Part shown: in pieces, positions 26,694 to 40,079 of the stretch
Numbering within the stretch: position 1 is the stretch's first letter
How the letters are laid out: each line of letters starts with the position of its first letter
Assembly: GCF_001194135.2 (NCBI RefSeq)
Contig: NC_068995.1
Span: 43,143,622 to 43,207,621, forward strand
Direction of reading: 5' to 3'
Source: Octopus bimaculoides
Lineage: Eukaryota
Length of the DNA stretch: 64,000 nt
The notes under the pieces: generated by a model
Told to the model about the DNA's origin: nothing
Database searches by the model: none
The model's input: the letters and a program-made list of their open reading frames with translations, nothing else
Program-made: the position numbers and the translations under genes

Positions 26694-27944
26694 AATATTG
26701 AAAATCATCCTGTCCTGACGTCTTGTCCGTTTCTGCAAGACCAATCCCTTTTCGCCACTGGTCCTTATCTGCATTAACGTCAGCGGGGTCATTAAACCAA
26801 ACATTACATCAGGCAAGATTTACATTAATAAAAAAAATATATTTTCCTGAATATTTTCTTTCCTCAAAACATATCTATTTAAAACATATGTTCAAAGAAT
26901 ATTCAGTTTATATATGAGTGTAAAATATATCTCGCAGAGAAATTTTGTCCTCTTGTGTATAGCTGTCCATTACTGCCTTTTAAAGAATAGGAATTCCAAC
27001 AATAACTCGTACAGCGACAGATGTTTACCATTTTCCCGCTATTGTTACTGTCTCAGCGTTACCATTCTAGCACAGTATTATTTCAATGGAAGCTTTGAAA
27101 AGCAGGATATTAATTCCATCATTGATAAATTCTAAAATGTCGGATTCAACTTTTGCTAATTTGTCTTTCTGTATAGAGGTTGTATTTATATAGTTCCCTG
27201 CCCCTTGCTGAGTTAAATCCAATATAATAAACATCTGTGAGAAAGAGGCAGTTCAACTCTTGGTATTGATACAGTACAATACCGGAGATAAGTCTATGAA
27301 TATCGTCCACGTCTCAATAATTAAATCAACAGTTTATCCAGGAAATTTTACGGTATAAATTCATTGAATAATCATATCAAGATTAAAGCTGTTTATTCCT
27401 CTTATTGCAGAGATATACATCTCACATAATACATAACAATTGCGAAGTATGCGTCGTTAAAGCATGCGAGAAAGTGCTTCGCTTGCATTACTAGTGTCAA
27501 GCATACGAACATAAACATAGAATTATTGCTGACTGATGACGGTTCAATAACATTAGATAATGCGGTGTCATGAAATCTGTCTCACTTTTGATTGAACACA
27601 GTAAAATGACACATTTTTACGTTTATATTTGATATCTCGTAAATTTATTTCATTTATGAATGCAGTGATCCCATAAAAGTCTTTATTATGAAAACTAAAT
27701 AATGCTGGTAATTTGCATTATCGATTATTGTATATAATAACGGTTAAGAGAGAATTTAGAAATCCTTGGACAGTTAGAATGTATTAACTGCAACAAGTAT
27801 TATACAATGAAATATTTCAGAAAACTTCAGAGCCATTATAAGATTATGTTCCAAAGAGCTGCATATATCAATGCACGTAATGAAATATTCGTTCAGATGG
27901 TTTTCTATTTGCTATACATACATACAAATATATACGTATATCTC

Positions 27945-28800
27945 ATATCATCTAGGTCGTCCCATAGGACGCCTCAATACTGTCTCCACACGTTCGTCCT
28001 ATTCATATCGATCTTCCATAATGGTCCTCAGCTCCTGTACCCCTTCCATACCAGCATCCTCCAGCAAGTTGTCGATATAGGTCGTCTTCCTTATAGCCTT
28101 CCAGCTAGTCTAATCTTTCTATGCTATATCTTCAATGTTATTTTTGGTAGTCTCTGGTATAAGTCGGCGTTTTTTTGTTTGACTCTTCCAGCAGACATTG
28201 AGAGCCATTCTAAGCATCCTCGTATGACAATCCGTCCAAGTGTTTCTTCAATGCTTTAGTCAGCGTCTATGTTTCAGCCCGGTATAGAAGAAAAGACTCC
28301 ACTGTTGCCAGAAACAGTATCACTTTCGATTTCCTTGCTAACTTTGACTCCATACCTTTCTCAGTTTATGGCACGCGCTCCAGGCAAGAGCTTTCCTTGC
28401 TACGATCACTTTTTCAGTACTTTGTGTCTGCGCACCAAGGTATTTCAAATTTTCAACTACCTTCAGTGACTTCCCATCTCTCACTTTCACTAACACAGAC
28501 ATTTCATGGTTGAATATTTGCAACTCTGTTTTGTTTGCATTACAGAACAATCCTAACTTCCCCGATTCCTGCTCTAATCTGCTCAGCACCTCCTGCGCCT
28601 GATTGCCTGATCTGTCCTCTCTGTTAGTAATGCCAGGTCATCAGCATATTCTAGGTCAGTTACTATTACTGTTTGATGCCATCTACTTCTTTGCCTATGC
28701 AGTTTGAATCCCGGTTTTTCTTCCTTGCCCTCATACGTTCTACACATTACATAGTCCAGAACGATGGTGCAAAGATACGATGTTACCGTGTCGCCCTTAT
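27945..28800 (-). mobile_element. RTE-type non-LTR retrotransposon, RT and C-terminal fragment
   Basis: KGDTVTSYLCTIVLDYVM, TDLEYADDLALL (YADD at 28637-28648), KYLG, ARKALAWSACHKLRKVW, TRMLRMALNVCWK, RLAG, RKTTYIDNLLED..MEDR; frameshifts and stops present; the 5' side runs into a gap. Confidence 0.9.
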
Positions 28801-28914
28801 ATATNNNNNNNNNNNNNNNNNNNNNNNNNNNNNNNNNNNNNNNNNNNNNNNNNNNNNNNNNNNNNNNNNNNNNNNNNNNNNNNNNNNNNNNNNNNNNNNN
28901 NNNNNNNNNNNNNN

Positions 28915-29000
<86 letters not shown>

Positions 29001-29014
29001 CATATGTATAAATA

Positions 29015-29155
29015 CAGCTTGTTTCAGTTTCCGCCTACCAAATCTGTTCACAAAGATTTTGTCGACCCGACTCTATAGTAGAGATCAGTTGCCCAAAGTT
29101 CCACATAGGGAGACTGAACTCGGAACCATGTTAGCACACAGCCACGACTGCGCCT
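29015..29155 (-). mobile_element. SINE family B, 5' half
   Basis: Reverse complement matches the 20230 head (ggcgcagtcgtggctgtgtg...catggttccgagttcagtc...ggaaactgaaac). Confidence 0.75.
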
Positions 29156-30226
29156 ATTGATGCATCCATAACCTTTATTAATAACTTAATGTCAGATAAG
29201 TTTTAATTGTTGCACAAAAAGTAACTTGTAATCGATGTGTTGACTACTAAAGGTAGTCAACAGCCGAGGAGGCATTAATTCCGTCACTGGATCCGACACA
29301 ATCAATTTAATGTAGCTTCGTTGTAGCCAATAACGAAATTTTGATGTCTTCATCTCTGAGACCGACACCAGAGACGGCGTCTGTGAAATTCCAAAAAATG
29401 CAACTCTTCGAATGTGTTAATATGAATATTAAAGCTCTACGTTAGATTTTAGTGCACCTACACACCTTTTCATACAAGTATTCTCACGCAGATACTCCTG
29501 CATGCACACACACACACACTCACACACACACACTCACACACACAAACTCACATACACACATATACACGGACTCACACCGAAATTATGTAAATGTACAAGC
29601 TATAGGAATTTTGCAGCTAAGTTGAATAAAAAAATAATAATAATGGCTCCGCAGTAGCTTGATACAGTTATTTTCTATGATTCCCTATTCCTCAAAATTC
29701 CAATTGCTACTGTACTTGCCCAATAAACAGGGACAGCTTTGCTTTTTTATCTAAATAAATGCATGGGTTTTGTGTATCGGTACTGGAATACATTTTGGGT
29801 GAGTCTAAATGTTCTCTTTTACTGCTGTATAACTTGCACATCAATTATTCCAAGATCACGTTGTGCTAAATGGACAATTTGCAGTATGGATAACATCCGT
29901 GTTCAAATGGTTTCGTTTGAGTTTAGTGATGCATTAGACTTCGATCGGCTTTGTCACCACCTCTATCCAGGAAATAGTACATGGTTTGCAGTTTTGTTTC
30001 ATAACTCAGATGTTTATTGCCACTGTATGCATAATGAATGAAGAAGAAAATGAAATTTAAATCTCGGTTTTGTTAACATCGCCCGACCCGAGGAGACTAA
30101 TATTAAAATATTCATTTCGAAACATCTAGCAATTCAACAAATACTATTGTTTCGAGCGATATATAGTTGTCTGTATGATGCATGCACACAGAAAAACACA
30201 TAATCACTCACACAAACACAAACCTA

Positions 30227-30281
<55 letters not shown>

Positions 30282-30599
30282 TTACATAAACATGCGTATT
30301 TGTGAACGTGTGTTTATAGAACTCTATGTGTATAGGCATGTGGTATTTGTGTGTATGTATGTGTATGCGTGTGTAAGTGTTTGTGGATGTATACATTAAG
30401 AAACAATCGAGAATGACACATTGAGAGTACAGGGAAATTAATTATATTTCTTTGTCAAACATCAACCGAATTAATTACAGGTTAATTTTTTGCAAGACAG
30501 CAATTACGATGGCCAAATTTTAATGTCTTCAGACTGACATCGTGTAACACAAAAGCGGAAGGTTATGTGCTTTGGTAGTTTTAATGCATCTCTGATGTT

Positions 30600-30725
30600 A
30601 CTGATGCTGGTGGTGGTGGTAGCGGTGGTGGTGATGATGATGACGATGATAATGACGATGAGTCCAATGATGACGATAATGGTGACGATGATGACGATGA
30701 TGACGATCATGGCGATGAAGATTAT
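30600..30725. repeat. (GAT)/(GGT) tract
   Basis: Direct inspection. Confidence 0.85.
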
Positions 30726-31127
30726 GCAACTTTGATAATAACGTAAACTGATGAGCTTGATTTTAAATATTATGCGTAATATATGAAAAGAGCTTGCTAG
30801 AAGGACGAGGATAGGATAGGGATATCAAGATGACATGATCTTGTAACGTGTAAGTATGTATCTATGCGTTTAATTATTATAACGTGTGTAAATATGCATT
30901 TGCAACGTTATACTCTCATGTGTAAGTGTGTGTGTATGTGTGTACGTATGTTAGCATGTATGATATTTCCAAAAAGTCTATTGCGCAAATAAGGGCGAGA
31001 AAGAAAGCAAAAATAAAAAGAGGGTGGGAATGAAATTATAAGCCGTCGATAGACCTATCTGAAATAGCAGCTAAATTCCCATGAAATTTCACCCTACTAT
31101 GGCAGCAGTTATGCATTGTGTACTTTA

Positions 31128-31467
31128 GTGATGACGCATGGCTCAGTGATAACGGATTCGGGTTCATAATTATGAGGTGGTAAGTTCGATTCCCAGACCG
31201 GACTCTGTGTTGTGTTCTTAAGCGTGTTCCTTTATTTCACGTTGCTCCAGTTCACTCAGCTGTAGAAATAATTTGCGGTGTCACTGGTGCCAAGCTGTAT
31301 TGGCCTTTACCTTTCCCTTGGATAACATCAGTGGCGCGGAGAAGGGAGACTGGCATTCAGGCGACCAGCGACTGCTGGTCTTTCATAAGCAAACTTTTCC
31401 AGACTTCTGCCTCGGAGGATAACTTCTTAGGTGCAATACCATGGTCATTCATGATCGTATGAGCCTT
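31128..31467 (+). mobile_element. SINE family C copy
   Basis: A-box tggctcagtga, B-box gttcgattccc; collinear with 45051-45385 over its whole length. Confidence 0.85.
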
Positions 31468-32785
31468 TATTTATGCAAAGCACTACAACGATTTTCAGCA
31501 CTAGAAAGGGGTTCGATAAATGTATTTCAAGTTAAGGAACATCAAACATAAGAGCGTATGGTCCCAAATATACCGTCAAGGGCACGGAAGACAGCAAGAC
31601 ATAAAACAATGAGGTACGTATTTAGATTCCGTCAGTTTTGAATGTAATTATGCTAATCTCTGCTACTCGTCGGCTTTGAGAATAATCCCTTCCAGATGAT
31701 GTGTATACAACTCCCTCGATTCATGTTGGTGAGGGTAATTCAACATTCTCGGGTAGTTCGATAAGTTTCTTCTTCGTCAGACAGAGGTAGCGTGTATTAA
31801 TGCGCGAATATACATCCAATGACAAACGTATATATATATATATATATATATACATACATTTATGCACTATATATCAACAGACATGGTTGTAAATAAATAT
31901 GTAAATATATGTCACCATATTAATGTATAAAGCGCATTTTACTATCTTCTTTAGGTTGTTTAATGTAGAAGAGTAATGCAAAATTCGACATGTGTTTGAT
32001 TCAAACAAATGATATTAGTTTTAAAAATGATATCGAATAAAACATAGTATAAAATTCCTTGAAAATTCCTTCGACATAGATTTGCATTTACTGTTTGTTT
32101 AATATAAAATGGCGGCATCAAAAATAACATGGATGACAAATAACAAAAATTGGCTGAATTCATATTTTGAATAGTTTTTATAATATTTGTTTAGCGAAAT
32201 AATGTAAATAATTGCAGTGTAATGAATAATGATGTGTATAAAATAATGATTTCGTCTGAAAACAATGGGCGGACTCCATTTGAAATATTATTGAACAGTT
32301 CAATTGTATTATTAGTATTGCTGCGTCCACGGAGGCTATAACAATACAGCAGGATGTCGGTGAAAGATCCACCAACTTTTCTGTCTCTGATCGAAATCAT
32401 TCTAAATTCAGAAAGAAAATACAAAAAATTATGTTCATTTTCCATATATTTAGAATGGTTGTATGATTTCCTGAAGTGTCCGATGCAACGCAGGAATTTC
32501 GTTATTTATTTAGCATGAGTTTGACTTATAGTAGTAGTTATAGCGCGCGCGCGCACACACACACCGTCACAAATACACACACTCATATGTATATGAATAT
32601 ATACATTTATATATTCACTTATATGAATCAAATATTAAGAAATCCGGGAAACTCAAGACGGCTTCATGTGATGTAAGCATAATAGCAATGAATAGTTTAT
32701 ATACACAGATTTATTACTTTAGCAGAGGAAATCTGCTTGAGCTTCTGAAGAGCTGTTGAATTAGTAAAAGCTAAATTATTAAATA

Positions 32786-32847
<62 letters not shown>

Positions 32848-33254
32848 CATACATATACATATATATGTATATACATATACATATATATAGAGAGAGAGGT
32901 AGAGGGAGAAAGACAGTGAGAGAGAGAGCGAGAGAAAGACAGAGAGAGGAGAGAGGGCGAGAGCAGGCGAGAGATTGGGAGATATATACATACTTAGGAA
33001 CATACATACATATATACATACATACATACAGTCATACATTTAAAACGCTCTGATAACGTTCACGGCCCGTGAGTTTGTGTCTGGCATTGGTTTTAAATTG
33101 ATGCATTATGGGCCTAGGCTAAATATCATAACAGAGTCTGCACCAATATCATGAGAAACAGAGGATACAGAAAAACATAAAAATGAATGTCCCGCGTAAT
33201 ATGCATACATGCACACACATACACACACGCGCACGCACACACAACTATACGTGT

Positions 33255-33304
<50 letters not shown>

Positions 33305-35124
33305 NNNNNNNNNNATATATATGTATATACACACGCAAGTCGATTGATACACATACACATACATGTGTGTGTGTGTATGTTAACTTATATATATATATAT
33401 GAATTTGTGTATGAGTGCGTGTGTGTGTTTTGTGTTCGTGTGTGTGTATACATGAATACATATACATACAAATACTAAACTGAGTCGAGACTATTTTTCC
33501 GTTATCTTCATATGCATGTATACAAGTGTGTGCTGTGCATTTATGCATAGGGTATGTAGGTATGTATGTATCTATGTATGTAAGTATGTATGTATGTGTA
33601 AATGCTACTCTCTGTCTTAAGATTTAGATGTAACATCATTATACGAGTTACACATATTTGTAGTTCCCAACTTTAGAACAAATGATTTTTTGTTGTTTTC
33701 CTTTTAATCGACGTTTCCGTTCTGTATTGAATCTGTTCCTTCATCGTTCAATCGTTTCTCTTCCGAAGTAATTTTAAACAATGCTTTCAATCGTATTGCA
33801 CTATTAAAATTGTGATGAATCAGAAAAGGTTCAGCAACCTATGAAGTTAATGTTTTATTGATATTCTTTGACGTCTGGATCCCAGCCAAATTTTTTCTTC
33901 AAAACAATCTTTTAAACAACAAAGTCATGCGTCAAAATATAATTTACAGTTCAGTCGACTCAGTTCCAAATATAACAAAGTTTATTTCTTATGTGCAAGT
34001 TTAAAAGTCGCTGGGATGGTGTGTGTGTGATGATTAATATTGTCCATCAGTTTAGAGGCGAGGAAATAAATGCTTCACAAAAAAAAAATATTTTTCCTTC
34101 ATAAATTGCGAATCTTCCTCTCTGACGTTTCTTTAAAAGTCACCTTGTACACACACACACACACATACACACACACACACACACATACGTATATGTATAT
34201 AGGTAACCTGTGTATAAATACAAAACGTAACAACTAGAACAGCTTCAAATGATGCCTCCATTTTCGCTTTGAGTTCAAGAGCTCACATCAAATAATTTGC
34301 ACAACAAATTCGAGATAACGCCACCAGCTTATTTTGTTGAGTATGATGGAAAGTGTTGGCTGTCCACAGCCAGCAGACACTTGTTCACTGGTCATGACTC
34401 AAGAATCCTGCGAAGAATAGTTGCAATTCTAAGCCATTATTTTAAAAAACATTTACAGTTACTGATTTCTATCAATGTAGTGCTATCTTTAATGCATGGA
34501 GACACTGACGAGAACATTTGCCCCGGAGAACATTTGCCCACAGATCCTAGGACCTTATACTAATCTATGCTGATGTTCACTATAAAGGAACCAGAAGGTA
34601 TTACTTTATCTGGGTACCTATATATTTAGACCCTCTACTCTGTCGGAGCGAGAATAATGTGGTATCTCAGATTACTCACTGAAGATATATGTTTCTTTTC
34701 CTTACTAAAGTGAAGTGAAGACGGATGTAAATAATTCTTGCTGGTAACTGGTCCAAAACAAAGGTATAAACAAAACGATCGATTTTGATTGAAGCCAACA
34801 GCAATCAGTTTGTAAGTAGAGGCACGTGGTTCATATGTCGAACTTAACTCATTATTCCTAAACTTTTTGACTGTCTATCGTAATTTGCTCACCAATTAGC
34901 ATTTGCTACAGGCTTGTTGAATATTTTAGCCTCGCAAGTATTATTCAAATTAGAAATAACTTTCATATTAGTTTCAGCTTCATTAGTATAACTTTCATAT
35001 AATGATAATGAAAGAAACCTGTAAGAACATTGTAGAGATTTATTAGAGATAAATATATTAAAGATTTGAAGTTATCCTGCAGTTTGGTTTCAGATTTAGA
35101 CACAATGCCACCAATATCAAGGGA

Positions 35125-35300
35125 AACGGGTCGGTTTAGTATATCGGTCCAAGAATTTAACTGTTACTTCATTTATCAACCCCGAAAGGGTGAAAGGCAA
35201 AGTCGACCCCGACATAATTTAAACTCAGAACATAAAGACTATTGAAATGCCACTAAGCAGTTTGTCTGACGTGCTTACGATTCTGCCAGTTCGTCGTCTT
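35125..35300 (-). mobile_element. SINE family A copy
   Basis: ccgaaagggtgaaaggcaaagtcgacc...aaactcagaac...acgattctgccagttcgtcgtctt is the reverse complement of the family A head and core. Confidence 0.75.
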
Positions 35301-36440
35301 GAAGGGATCTTACACGTTAGTGACATTTCATTAAAGACCCCTCACACGTTGTAGCCGACTCAGACTGGTCATAGTTTTAATGTTAGAAGGGTCACATTAT
35401 AAGCGGTATTATATTTTACTCTTTATGAGCATTCATCTTAGGTCATAGTCTTGACCTAACGACATGAAGGGGAAAAATGTACCGCGTATCAATTTTGAAT
35501 TCGAAGATATAGCTATTCCTTTTGTCTTAGCATTTTTGATGCAATTAGATTTCGGCTAAGTGCCGAGAGATATATCATGATGCATAGAGACCTAAATATA
35601 CGTTAAAAGCTTTATTGATATAAACTTTAATTAAAGCTGACATAGCAGACACACAAGATGGAATTAGAATACATGGTTGTCAGGGTTTATAAGGAGACAA
35701 GCATAAAATCGATTTTTTAAGCATTAATTGTTCTTAGGCGTGATTGTTTGTAGAACGTAGAAATTATATCAGTAAATGTATTCTGGAAACGGAATAATGA
35801 AATGTGCGTAGACGATATATGTGAAGCATGGGTGAGTGGTTATGATAGAAGCTTCGACACTATATGGTACTATGTTCGGTCCACTGCGTGACAGCTGCGG
35901 CATGGCACTTTTACGTTAGGTCGTAAACAGCTTACGAAGAGTAATCAGTAAAAGGAAAGTGCACAAATGTCCGGTTAATGCTCATACACATAAACACGTG
36001 CACACACAAACACACAAATATACACACACACATACATACACATACACACACATACGCGTACATAAAGGTTTTTTTATCATTGAATTTTGATCACTTTATG
36101 TTTAGTATTTTGAATTAAAACTGTAAAACGTGTAAAGGAATAATCGAATAATCGAATAAACCGGGGAATGAAACGCTATTTGTTTAGCATTAAGATAAGG
36201 GGGGAGGGCGTTTCAAGCGTGCCTCGACAAATTGCGCTACCTCTTTAAGTTGTTACCTGAATAGATTGAATTATGTATCGTATATACTCTCTGTAAACAT
36301 TCACTTTTAAAGTATAAACAATATCTTTACCTTTCCCTATATTTACACAACAATTTATGCAACAGAAGTCTTGTTGACAGATTTTTAACTTTAATGAAAA
36401 CATGTAACCGTAGCTTCCTCGTTCTCATTATATTATGCTT

Positions 36441-36480
<40 letters not shown>

Positions 36481-36884
36481 TCAATCTCTTTCTTTTACAC
36501 TGTCTCAGTCTCAGACATTTACTCATACACACTCACCTCTCTCTATCATTACACCCTCTTTCAGCACCCGTTATCTGTTTCATCTTGATCTTTTTATCAC
36601 TTTATCTTGGTTTCCGGCTTCGCATAACATTTAGTTGTCTACTTGCTTCGTGTTTTTTCTTTCTACGGTAGAAGTGTCTAACTTATCAAAACAAACCAAA
36701 CATCACTTGTATATATCTAAAATACACCGCCATCATTTTCGACTAAAATTATTGCCACATTACATTTTCTCGCGGTGAAAACAACAGAAATTAACGGAGG
36801 ATATAAGAAGCTCAATTTCATCGTAGGTCACATAATCTACTTAAATATCCAATCAAAATTAAATATGCCATTCTTTAACATTCG

Positions 36885-37063
36885 TTTCAAGTTTTGACAC
36901 AAGGCTAAGAATTTCAATGGAGTGGAGTAGTCGATCACACGAACCCCTGAAGATAAAAAGGCAAATTCGACCTCGGTGGATTTGAACTCAGAACGTAAAA
37001 ACAGGCAAATGCCGTTAAGCATTTTGCCCGGCGTGCCAACGATTCTGCGAGCTCATCTGCTCT
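36885..37063 (-). mobile_element. SINE family A copy (internally deleted)
   Basis: aaggcaaattcgacctcggtggatttgaactcagaacg...aagcattttgcccggcgtgccaacgattctgcgagctca. Confidence 0.8.
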
Positions 37064-37078
37064 TGTTATCATTACGTG

Positions 37079-37134
<56 letters not shown>

Positions 37135-38034
37135 CGTNNNNNNNNNNNNNNNNNNNNNNNNNNNNNNNNNNNNNNNNNNNNNNNNNNNNNNNNNNNNNNN
37201 NNNNNNNNNNNNNNNNNNNNNNNNNNNNNNNNNNNNNNNNNNNNNNNNNNNNNNNNNNNNNNNNNNNNNNNNNNNNNNNNNNNNNNNNNNNNNNNNNNNN
37301 NNNNNNNNNNNNNNNNNNNNNNNNNNNNNNNNNNNNNNNNNNNNNNNNNNNNNNNNNNNNNNNNNNNNNNNNNNNNNNNNNNNNNNNNNNNNNNNNNNNN
37401 NNNNNNNNNNNNNNNNNNNNNNNNNNNNNNNNNNNNNNNNNNNNNNNNNNNNNNNNNNNNNNNNNNNNNNNNNNNNNNNNNNNNNNNNNNNNNNNNNNNN
37501 NNNNNNNNNNNNNNNNNNNNNNNNNNNNNNNNNNNNNNNNNNNNNNNNNNNNNNNNNNNNNNNNNNNNNNNNNNNNNNNNNNNNNNNNNNNNNNNNNNNN
37601 NNNNNNNNNNNNNNNNNNNNNNNNNNNNNNNNNNNNNNNNNNNNNNNNNNNNNNNNNNNNNNNNNNNNNTAACATGTTACATATTTATAGCATGATACAT
37701 ATATATGTATATAACAAACAAAGTAGCTAGTTAGATAATCACTATAAGAGATGAAGGTAGTAATACTATATTGAGAATAATTTTTGCAATATATACCGAG
37801 TGCAGATTGCATTGATAACCAGCTGGCGGGGGTTCTTCCCGGGGTTAAAAATGGCAGTAACATATTGATGTGGCGATAAAGAGATAAAGATTAATTTTCA
37901 GTATAGTTAATACTTTCTTGTAGAGATTTTCTAAATAGCGACTTGTGTGTGTGCGTGTGTGTATGTGTGTATCTGTATGTCTGTGTGTGCATGTTTGTGC
38001 GTGTGTGTGTGTGTATGAGTGCGTGTATGTGTCT

Positions 38035-38245
38035 ATATTTGTCCAACACCAGTGCTTTACAAGTAGCGTTGGTGTATTTACGTCTCCATAACACAGCGTT
38101 TCAGCAAAGAATACGGATAGAATAATTACCAGGCTTTAAAAAGAAAACAAAAAGTGCTGGGTTCGATTCATTCGAACACTTCAAGGCGGTGCCCCGGCAT
38201 GGCCGCAGTCTAATGCCTGAAACATGTAAAAGGACAGATAAAAAT
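38035..38245 (+). mobile_element. SINE family B, 3' half
   Basis: Follows (TG)n; ends aaggcggtgccccggcatggccgcagtctaatgcctgaaacatgtaaaag. Confidence 0.75.
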
Positions 38246-38849
38246 AAAGTAATATACAGTAATGCATCGATATACGAGTTAATTTGTTCCCGAAGAAGGC
38301 TCGTAAAGGAAAAACTCGTAAAGCAGAACCATAATTTCCCATAGTAGTAATGTTATAAATCGTATCATTTTACATATAAAACAACAGTAGAATGTTAAGT
38401 AAATGAATATAAAGATTATTTGTAATAAAAAAATATTATTATAATCGTATTCTGAATCACTTTCAGCTACATTAGTCTCGCGCACACCATCACTTGTGGA
38501 CGCGTTAAAAACAATAGTAGTTTTCTCAACTTGTGCTTATATAACCTATGACAGTTACATTAACACCCTCTGTATTTCTAACGGCATTTTTCGTTCATCT
38601 ACACACCTAGAATAAATACACAGATCTAGAACGCCATTTTGTTCGATCCGTTAAAAAATGGACAACAGCAAATGTATCGGCTCTCTAACAACGTGCAGAA
38701 TTCGAACTGGAATTTCATCCCTCCTTATGAGTAACCAAAAAAAAAAAAACATTTGGTTGCCAGAATACACAATTTAAATCAGGTAATATGTTGGTTTCAT
38801 AGGACCAGCAGATTTTCAGGGAAGAGAGAAGCCGTTTACATCAGCCCCG

Positions 38850-39186
38850 GTGCTCTGTTGGTCCTTATTTTGTCGACCGGAAAGGATGACGGGCAGCGTC
38901 GACGGACAAAATGATACGAGACATTTTATTCGACGCGCTAACGATTCTGGCAGATCGCTGCATTAATCGACTGAGATATTTGTTTGAAACTTTGGCACAA
39001 GGCCAGCATGTTCGGAGGAAGAAGCACTGTAGGTCGACCACAGCGGCCCACATAACTCAACCGGTAATTATTTTATCGACCCCAAAAATATGAAAGACGA
39101 TCTCGGTGGAATTTCAACTCAGAGCGTTAAGACGGACGAAATGCCCCTAAGCATTTTACCAGGCATTCTGCCAGCTCACCGCCTTA
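38850..39186 (-). mobile_element. Two tandem SINE family A copies
   Basis: Heads at about 38940-38962 (ctaacgattctggcagatcgctgc) and 39165-39186 (attctgccagctcaccgcctt). Confidence 0.75.
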
Positions 39187-39394
39187 AATGTCTGACATAT
39201 TGATCACTATTTCAAACTGATTCTCACAACATTTTCTATTTATGTATAGACTGTTTCATCACTTTAAATTGTCTTACAGCAAAGACCTTATACGCCAATA
39301 CATAAAGTAAAAATGGTGTGTGTTTGTATGCATGTGTGTACATGTGTAGCCACGACACATACTTTATTTTCTCTCCTTGTTTCTTTCTGTGTTC

Positions 39395-39430
39395 CTTTCT
39401 GTGGAAGAGCGTAGGCTTGAAACGTTAAAG
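39395..39430 (+). ncRNA. Minimal type I hammerhead-like motif (variant core)
   Basis: CUUU-CUGUGGA-A-GAGC-GUAG-GCUU-GAAAC-GUU-AAAG: stem I CUUU/AAAG, stem II GAGC/GCUU, palindromic AACGUU stem III; the core has U instead of A6. Confidence 0.5.
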
Positions 39431-39815
39431 ACTCTTTGATATTCCGAGCCTTATACAAATAAATCTGTTTGTTGTCAACATCACCTGTCTTCGTCTTTTG
39501 TTTTTTTGTTGTTTTTTTTGTGTGAATTGTAGATAGCTTTATTTATATGCATACCATACTAGTTTGAAAAATGTTTGTTTATCAATGGTATAAACGTATA
39601 TAAAACAATGGGATTTTAACAGAATTTAAAATTCCGAAGGAGAAAACATCTGTAAATGATTAAATGTTTACAAAAGTCATAGAGATAATTGCACATATAG
39701 ATATTCATATTGCGTTATAACCTTGCCATGATCAGACTAAAACCTAACACGTTCGCAGGATTAAGCGTTAAACGTTTAGCGTGTATACTGCTTGTTTCCA
39801 CTATAAGTGTGTGTG

Positions 39816-39851
<36 letters not shown>

Positions 39852-40042
39852 TCGCGTGTGTGCGTGTGTGTATGTGGCTGCCTCTGTGTGTGTGTATTTA
39901 TCTATGTATCTATGTAGCTAGGAATGTATATATGTATGAAATGTGTCTAGAGAGAGAAATAAAGGTGTATATATATATATATATACATATAATACGTAAA
40001 TACATACATACATACATATATATATATAAGTATATATATAAG

Positions 40043-40079
<37 letters not shown>

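Noticed and set aside
29739-30041. 100-aa non-repetitive ORF with an internal GTGAGT donor
   Set aside because: TTG start, no domain signature, no good upstream acceptor.
31752-31787. Minus-strand CUGACGA...GAAC hammerhead-like string
   Set aside because: Stem II is poor and GAAA is not correctly placed; at best a very decayed relic.
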